A DNA stretch of 63,858 nt, counting the filler, from Bigelowiella natans CCMP2755 (Eukaryota; Protista; Cercozoa): assembly GCA_000320545.1 (NCBI GenBank). It is 10 parts of 10 records of this genome, joined end to end, with 100 filler letters (N's around TTAATTAATTAA, not from the genome) between each part and the next. Parts side by side here need not be neighbours in the genome. Positions count along the whole stretch, not along the records: positions 55,771 to 60,712 come from ADNK01003520.1; positions 60,813 to 62,703 come from ADNK01000972.1; positions 62,804 to 63,858 come from ADNK01001865.1; 7 more parts are not named here. One strand, given 5' to 3'. Shown here piece after piece: positions 55,845-63,858 of this stretch (within the stretch, counting starts at the first letter, position 1; every line of letters begins with the position of its first letter). The notes below the pieces were generated by a model. It did not search any database and was not told the DNA's origin. It saw nothing but the letters and a program-made list of their open reading frames with translations. The position numbers and the translations under genes were made by a program.

Positions 55845-57650
55845 ACCTAGCTTCCTTCATTTCCTGAGCGATTTTCCCTTCTATCTGCTTTGCCCTGTCC
55901 AGGAAGGCGTTCTTCTCGTTGGCCAGTGACGCCTCGAATCTTTCGATGCCGCTCCGTATTTCCTTGCACTGGTTCTGAAGCTCCACCTCCTCCTTGTCCT
56001 AGGAAGAATAAGAAGAGCACAAGATGGTGATGACGATGACGATGGTGATGACGATGATGATGGTCGTTGGCGGTGGGATACTAGTTAACAGTGCGTGAAA
56101 GAATGGAGGGCCGAGTGCTTGTCGCTTCTCTTGCATAAAATGAGTGGAGCCAGCTACTCACTATATCGTCGGAGGGTGAAGATGCTGCGCTAGTTCCTCC
56201 TTCCTGCGATCCATTGCCATTCTCTTCTTCCATTGCCCCCCCCTCACGAGGAGCTTCTTTCTCGGCACTCCACAAGTTGTGTGCTTGCGAAAGCCGTTCC
56301 TGCGTCTCCTCAGAGATTCTCTTCATCTTCTCAAGTTCAGCGCGAGCGCCTTGAATCTGATTTGCGGCGACGGCAACGGAGGTTGGCGGTCACCGATGAT
56401 GCGATTGGGAAAAAAAAAGGGGGGGGGGGGGGGGAAGGATTGTGTCAATCGACTTTTAAGAGTCAGAGAATCAGAACGCTCCAGACAAAGCATTCGAGAT
56501 TTCAGCGGTAAGCGCGAAGAAATGATATCATCGGTGAATTGTTCGTATTTCATGATATGCCTCCACCTGGGCCTTCAAGATTTGTTGTGCGTCATGCTCT
56601 TGCTGCCATTGACGCTGAACAACCATTGCGAGGATAGCTTAGAGGTGGAGAGTGGTGGAGGAAAGAAAGAAAGAAAGAAAGAGAGAGATTGGGACGAAGA
56701 CGAGCTTCATTCTCAAACCCCCTCCAACCAGACGAAAATACATTAAGGTGCCACCTGGAGCAACTGCTTCTCCTTGGCGCGCGACAGTTTCATCTCGAGC
56801 GAATGCACCGTTCTGATCCTGCCCTGTTCGTCAGAGTCGCTCTCCTTAACCTTCGCCTCCACTCCAGCCTGAACCTCGTTCTCAAACGAATAGGCCTGCA
56901 ATTGGTTGGTTGGTGTTGATCAGATTGGCAGCTGGACATCTCCCCCCCCCCCCTCCCCCTCTGAATGTGCCCGTGTTCGTATGTGTGCACAAATAATCCA
57001 ATCGACCTTTAGATTCATCTTCTCGATAGATTTCGTGACTCTTTCGAGTTCTTGCGTGCACTTCTGCACCTTGTCAGTGAGCTCATCGCCTTGTGCACTG
57101 TATGTGATGACATATAAAACCGATTCCATTACTAAGAGAGAGAGGCGAAACGGGCTGGGAGAAATCGAGATAGGAAAATTTTACACGAAATTATTTTGCC
57201 TAAACAGTACCAGTGTATAGAGAGTTCCTGAAGTTGAGAAAGGACCGCTCCAAGTTCCTCCCCTCCCGCTTTGGAGTTCTCATCATATCTGCAACAAGAT
57301 TTCGACCCTTCATGTGTGTTTACCGTCATCTTAATCGCTTCACAGACACCTTGTAGGATACTGAGATCCTTTGGAGGCCTCCGATGCTATCGATTCCGAA
57401 TTGTTCATGAGAAATATCTCTTCCTGAGTCCCAAAGCGGATCTACATGGATTCACAACAAACGTTCATCTCCAACAAATGTCTTTCATTCTGTCTTTGGA
57501 GCCCTGCCCGCCATCACATATTTTCAACACCTTAGGAATCATGGGAATGTCCTTGGGTTTGGCCATCTTCAAGTTCCCCAGGTTTGCGGTGGACCTACAA
57601 ATGGCCTCGAGAAGGTCCATCGTACGCGAGGCGGTTATCGTGGACGCCAT
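55845..57650 (-). CDS. Uncharacterised coiled-coil protein, multi-exon, 3' end lost
   Basis: Heptad-rich exons 'QGDELTDKVQKCTQELERVTKSIEKMNLK', 'QIQGARAELEKMKRISEETQERLSQAHNLW' and 'DKEEVELQNQCKEIRSGIERFEASLANEKNAFLDRAKQIEGKI'. Confidence 0.6.
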
Positions 57651-57981
57651 CGTTTGAAGTTTGTAATTAGTCGCGGCAACCAGAATTTGTTGTCGCTTTC
57701 CCAAAACAGGATGTATTACCAACATTGTTGTGAATCACTCAGGGGGGTAAACGAAACCCTTTCGCGCGCTCTGAAAGAAGTGTGATAAGATCGTGAACGG
57801 ATAGGTAACAGTAGAGACGTCATACCAAGAATGCTGTCGTATCTCTGGATTTTCCCTGTTACGAGATTAAATTGGGTTCCTGTTTTGCGTGTGTTTTCTA
57901 TCGATGCGACATCTAAAATTCCATGTCGCATAATAGTTAATGTCCACCGAATCGAGCAGATCTCCCTGCTAATAATTCCAA

Positions 57982-58862
57982 ATGGCGTCGAAAGGCCCAG
58001 GGCCTGACCTGAACTCCACAGGCAAGAGCACGGCGAATTCCTCCGAGGCCGACCATTCGTGGACATCGATTCTATCTGTCCCACAGGATGAGAAAGGTCC
58101 TTATGTTGTTGGGGTTGATGATTCTCCTGATGTCGTAGGAGGTGTCATATTAGAATTGAGCTTTGGGATTCGAAAGGCGGAATAAATGTGCTGAACTTCG
58201 TGCCTGTTCTCTAGGAGGGATCATCACCGCGGTTGAATTCGATGAGAGCGGGGACACACTAGCAATGGGGGATAAATCCGGCCATGTTTCTTTATTCCAG
58301 AAGGTGTACTATGATGCACCAGGAGAGTCTAGCGTTGCTGGAGAGAGATGTCATCAGCTCACGTTATCTTTTCCCTTTACCTAGTCCAATAACGGTGGAT
58401 ACAGGAACGCGTTTAGGTTTAAGAGTCACTCACCGGTATGCATTGCATTTCCATCTCTAATCCCTCGAGCGTGCTCTTAAGATTTCGCCGTCGCTCACTG
58501 TCCTCGCTTGCGGCAATTTACCCGCAACCGTAGGCATTGGACCCTCTAAAGAGCCTCGAAATCGAGGAGAGAATCAACATGATCAAGGTTGGGATCGGGG
58601 CACTTCTTCCTTGTGTTTTGCAGCAAAAATGTGCGTGCGTGCGTGTGTGGGTGTTCGCAGCTCAATAAAATTGTGTTGCGAGATATCTTCCATGCATTTC
58701 GTGAGGTATTTGTGTCTTTTCCTCCCCAAACCCTCCCCCCCCCTCCCCTTACCCCACTTCTTGTGTACGCAGTTCGTGCGGGGCCGCTCCAGCGGTATGT
58801 ACGTGCTCACGACAAACGGTACTCCTACGATTTTATATTTTCTAGATTCAAATTAGAAAAAT

Positions 58863-58898
<36 letters not shown>

Positions 58899-59018
58899 AT
58901 GTGTGTGTGTGTGTGTGTTATCGTCTTTAAGCTTTCATGAACCACGATATTGCGAAATACTCTATGGTTTTTCCGCCTCGTGACCAGCTAATCATACAGG
59001 CATTTCTCCTTCCATAGC

Positions 59019-59063
<45 letters not shown>

Positions 59064-59281
59064 TTTCTCTCTTTCTTAAATTTTTTTTTTTTTTTTCCCC
59101 CCCCCCCCCCCCCCCTCCTGTTGTTAGGTGCCCCCCCCACCCTTACGATTGGGATCTTCGGCAAATGGGGAGGAAAAGGGCCGGAAGAAGGACCCGGGCG
59201 TGCAGGTTTGTGGCCCTGTGTGATGGATGTTGTGTGTATAATAAGTTTTAGCAGAAACCGCATTTTACGTGTGGTACACGC

Positions 59282-59320
<39 letters not shown>

Positions 59321-60242
59321 TTGTTTCCTCCCCCTTTCCCCGGGTTTTTTTTTTTTCCTCCTCCTTTTCCCCCCCCCCCCCCCCGCCCTCCTCGTGCGCA
59401 GATGGCTGCGAGTTTAAAGAGGCAGTACGGAGGGGTTGGCGCTAAAAATTGAATAACAACGCTAATAAGCACTTGATACACGGCAAAACAAGCTTACTTT
59501 TCGAAAATGACGATCTGAGAATGCGGGCAGCATCCATCTATCTCTCATCATCATCACCATCACCATCATCATCATCATCATCATCATCATCGTCGCCTTC
59601 GTCGTCGTATTGATCCAATGCCCTCTGTTTCCTTCATCAGGCACATGCGTACCATATTCACTCAATATCGATTAATAGGTAGTAGTAGAAGTAGTAATAG
59701 TCGTAGTAATAGCAGCAGGATTTGTACTTAAAATAGCAGCATCAAGAGAGAGATATCATCCACGAGACACTTAGATATACACATTGTTAAGTATGTAGTA
59801 ATAACTATTGAAAAAATGACCTTTGTCCCCCCCCCCTCCCTAGTGACAACGAGACGTTCATATCGCTTGATAGCTTGCGCGTGAATTTATGGCATCTGCA
59901 ACGGTATTTCTTAAGGGAGAAGGAAGGGGGGGGGGAGAGGGGAGGGAGATGGCGTTAGGAGCACTTAACTAGTAGGTGATGACGCTCAGAAGAGAACCCA
60001 AGAGAAGATTGCGTGGATGATGATGACATTCGAAGATGCTCGAGCCGATGTGATAAGTAAATTGCAACAATGCGTCGTCCTCTCCCTCCCCCCCCCCCTC
60101 CTCAGTGACGCACAGCGATTCCCAATTGTTGATATCAAGCCCAAAGATAACATGTACTCCCTTACTGAGATCGTAACGAGCGGCACCTTCCACCCAGAGC
60201 AAGTACAGGGGATGGGGGGGGGAGGAGGGGGGGGGGAGAGCC

Positions 60243-60277
<35 letters not shown>

Positions 60278-60310
60278 CTCGCGCACACTCGCACACACTC
60301 GCACGTAGAT

Positions 60311-60351
<41 letters not shown>

Positions 60352-60647
60352 AAATATTATTATTCACGAGTGTGGGTGGTACTCTGTGTTTCGTCATCGT
60401 CTTCTTTTCCATCATCATTATCATCATTATCATTATTATCATCATCATCATCATCATCATCATCACCACCATCATCTTTACCATTATTATCATCAGTGCC
60501 ACACGCTGATGTACACGACGTCGCGCGGCCGCATGTGCATGCACGACCTGCGTAGCTCCGCGACGCTAAAGGTAATCCCCCCCCGGCCATTGCTGCTGCT
60601 TGTAAGATGCAGCGTGTAGGAAATGTGCACAGAAAAAAATCTTGATG

Positions 60648-60689
<42 letters not shown>

Positions 60690-60712
60690 TGTGTGTGTGT
60701 GTGTGTGTGTGT
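57982..60712 (+). CDS. PPP2R2: PP2A regulatory subunit B/B55 (WD40), divergent; 3' part lost
   Basis: 'IITAVEFDESGDTLAMGDKSGHVSLFQ', 'FKSHSP|ALDPLKSLEIEERINMIK', 'YVLTTND', 'AHAYHIHSISINS|DNETFISLDSLRVNLWHL', 'FPIVDIKPKDNMYSLTEIVTSGTFHP', 'CHTLMYTTSRGRMCMHDLR'. Confidence 0.92.
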
Positions 60713-60812
60713 NNNNNNNNNNNNNNNNNNNNNNNNNNNNNNNNNNNNNNNNNNNNTTAATTAATTAANNNNNNNNNNNNNNNNNNNNNNNNNNNNNNNN
60801 NNNNNNNNNNNN

Positions 60813-60898
60813 TGCGCTCGATCCTTCCAGTAGCCACTCCGTCGCTACCGAAATGCGGGGATTGCTCAGCACCGAAGCAAACACCTGAATCGATGTTA

Positions 60899-60942
<44 letters not shown>

Positions 60943-61038
60943 GTAAAAGTGGGGTTGGATCAACAGGTGTTGGTATACAAGGTCTGTGGTTATCTTTAAC
61001 AACAATTCTGTTTTGAATATTATGATCGAATGGCATTT

Positions 61039-61080
<42 letters not shown>

Positions 61081-61702
61081 AGAATTCAGAAGTAACGATC
61101 GATATCACCCTTTGTCGCGCAACGGGTATTTCGCTCCTCCCCCCCCTCCCCTTGTCGTCGTCGTCCATTGTCCTCCTCGCACTGCCCCACAAAACGCTAC
61201 CATCCCTGCTACTACTGCTGTTGCTGCTGCTGCCTTGGATTATCCCTTTAGATTGTGTATTGTGGGCACGCCCCCCCCCCCAGCAGCTTCTTTCCGCTGC
61301 GAAATTGAGAAAATCCTCCACCCAGTCGAGGTGTTTGATTCCGCTCTGATTCGGTGGATTAACGATCACGCAACAACAGCAACAAAGAACAATAAACTAT
61401 CGTTTTTCCCAGGAATGCAGGTGGGTACTGGGGAAGTGCAACGGCAGCAGCAAAGGGCCAGCCTAATCTAATTCATTACGCATCGTTTGCGACATCAGCG
61501 AAAGCAGTTCTACGAGTGGCCGTTGTAGCCACTGCTTGACCACCTGAAATCGTTGCCTCAGCAAACGGCACATGCCCTTTATATCATCATTTCCTGCCTC
61601 ACTGCTGCTCTCCTCCTCCCCTCTCGAAAAGGAGCCTCTCCTCTCAAAGAACGAAAGTTCCAGCGCTGATTCCAGGCCTAAGGTGTTGCGGAAACAATGC
61701 TA

Positions 61703-61734
<32 letters not shown>

Positions 61735-62396
61735 AATGATGGCAATCGACGCTCCCCCACCCCTCCCAACATTGACTCATCCTCAAGTTTAATGCTCTAG
61801 ATTGTTTTATTTCCTGACTTGTACGCGGGCATTGCATTCACTAGCGTCTGTCTACTACACATCGTCGTTATCGTCGTCGTGTCGTCCATGGTGTGAAATT
61901 AGATAACCGTTGAGGGTCTTTAGGCAGCACTCCACAATACGTCTCACGATCAAAATAAGGCTAGGATCCACAGATGATGATGATGATGGTGCTCTTTCGC
62001 ACAACTCCTCCCCCTCCCCCTCGCCCTCCCCCCCTTCAGCAAGGGTGGATAGCAACGAAGGTGCGGACGAGGAGGAGAACGGGGAGGAGGAGGAGGAGGA
62101 GGAAGAGCACAGATGTCGGATCTCTTCGTGAGCCTAACGAGTTTATGTTTGATACAAAATGATATGAATATATACGTATATAGGTTGTAGCATGGTGTGT
62201 GTTTTTGTGTGTGTAAGATAGGCGCAGTGCTTCTAAAGCAGTCAAGCCGATGAATACACGACAACAACAACAACAACAACGACGACGGCCCTACTCCACC
62301 TTCTCGAGATAAGCGCATAGCTGCTTTGCCGCACCGTCAACCATTGGGATAAGCTGCGTAGGAAAGTGATGAGTGCCAGGCAGAATGTGCTCTTAT

Positions 62397-62454
<58 letters not shown>

Positions 62455-63146
62455 TCATGATGAGCACGATGAACAGCTTTCACAGCATGGTCCACATAAT
62501 CAATGCTGCGGAGAATAATTGTCGATGATCCACGCAAACACCAAAACCAAAGCAGAAGAGAGGAGGAAGAGGGGGAGGGAGGAGGAAGAGGAGGGGGCCA
62601 AATGAAAATTCACACTCCAAATAATCATAAAGCGACCTTAACGATGTTCGAATGCTCTGCAGCACAAGCCTCGATGAACTCTGAATCATGCACACACACA
62701 CACNNNNNNNNNNNNNNNNNNNNNNNNNNNNNNNNNNNNNNNNNNNNTTAATTAATTAANNNNNNNNNNNNNNNNNNNNNNNNNNNNNNNNNNNNNNNNN
62801 NNNAGCTCCGTTTCGCACGTTCACCCCCCGGCTGTTTTTTATCAAAGTTGGTCATGTACGAAATCTATAAATAGCTAAAGTGTAAAGCACCCTTCTCCTC
62901 CGCCGAGAAGGAACTCCATCCACGTCATTATCTCCCGCACCATCATTATCATCATCGTCGTCATCATCATTATCGTCTTCTTCCTCATCGTTCCCCTCCC
63001 CGTCAACTTCATCAGCGGCTGGTTCTTTCGTGTTGGTGCCGTCTATTTCGTCGTCCATCTCTTTCTCAAGGGCATCGAGAGGCTCCGACTTGCTTCTTTA
63101 TGTCCCGGTGGTAGGAAGCATATCCAAACACACATACAACAGCAGC

Positions 63147-63178
<32 letters not shown>

Positions 63179-63240
63179 CGCGATCACGGGACGTAAATAA
63201 ATTAAACGTAAACACACTCACCAATTTATGTACATATATT

Positions 63241-63312
<72 letters not shown>

Positions 63313-63620
63313 GATTCGTATAACGGCTAACAGCAATGCCAATATTAGATTCGTTGATGATATAAATATAAATACGATACTGCGCTCTGCACAGCCCAAT
63401 CATTCTTTACTTGAGCACATTGTTCACCACCTTGAGTATATCATCACCGAGCAGCTCTCCCTCATGATCGAAAGGCTGATCTCTCCTTCCTGACGGCGGC
63501 AGAGGGCCATACCTTTTTGGTGGGACGAACAGCAACCAACAAAGAAAGAATATCAGAAGCGTGATGCTCGCTTGGGCGACGGAGAAAAGACATTTCTTCC
63601 ACAAATTGAAAGGTGGCCGC
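60813..63620 (-). CDS. Exon fragments of one or two uncharacterised alpha-helical proteins (spans a linker)
   Basis: Non-repetitive islands between microsatellites read open on the minus strand: 'LVLQSIRTSLRSLYDYLE', 'TFCLALITFLRSLSQWLTVRQ', 'LILIVRRIVECCLKTLNGYL', 'HEGELLGDDILKVVNNVL'. No family recognised. Confidence 0.35.
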
Positions 63621-63826
63621 AGATGATGACACTTTTGAGCAGCATCGATTATTTGTGTGACTGGACGACGATACGAAACCTGCGGCTCGTGGCTTCGTAT
63701 TCCTTGTCGTGGCAGCAGCAGCAGTTGTAGTTAGAAGTTGTTTGCAGTGCCACACCCCGACAGTGCCAATTAAATCCAACAAAAATAAATAACCAAAAAA
63801 ATAATTAAATAATTAGTGTTGTTGTC

Positions 63827-63858
<32 letters not shown>

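Noticed and set aside
62280-62370. Plus-strand 'RTVNHWDKLRRK' resembling the B55 'LTVKIWD' motif
   Set aside because: It lies beyond a linker, lacks the SRDY motif in frame, and the surrounding exons read better on the minus strand.

Overview
This is nuclear DNA from an intron-rich photosynthetic protist. A nucleus-encoded Mg-chelatase ChlD and signal-peptide-plus-transit-like presequences point to a secondary-plastid alga, and a chlorarachniophyte is my inference. The window consists of ten contigs joined by nine identical artificial 100-nt linkers (44N-TTAATTAATTAA-44N), so neighbours across gaps may not be real neighbours. Most short ORFs in the track are microsatellite noise, and real genes had to be spliced by eye. 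Recognisable genes, many partial: VPS15, an LRR protein, an AKR2-like ankyrin protein, CHLD, transportin, a Kelch protein, a CPA2 cation/H+ antiporter, a PuuD-like C26 hydrolase, ALIX/BRO1, phosphoglucomutase, a bacterial-type transglutaminase-like protein, nicalin and a divergent PP2A B55. The 5' end of an LTR retrotransposon is also present. Three loci stand out. (1) An intronless 766-aa ORF has an ApoL-like hydrophobic-hairpin core flanked by three homologous beta-rich domains, a candidate pore-forming effector, and sits head-to-head with a Kelch gene. (2) A gene invisible in the ORF track has five tandemly duplicated exon+intron units building an FG-repeat tract fused to ubiquitin-like, RanBP2/NZF zinc-finger and TPR/Sel1-like modules. 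(3) A protein combines six PGG (Jupiter/SPR1-like) motifs with EF-hands. All family calls come from remembered motifs; no searches were run.
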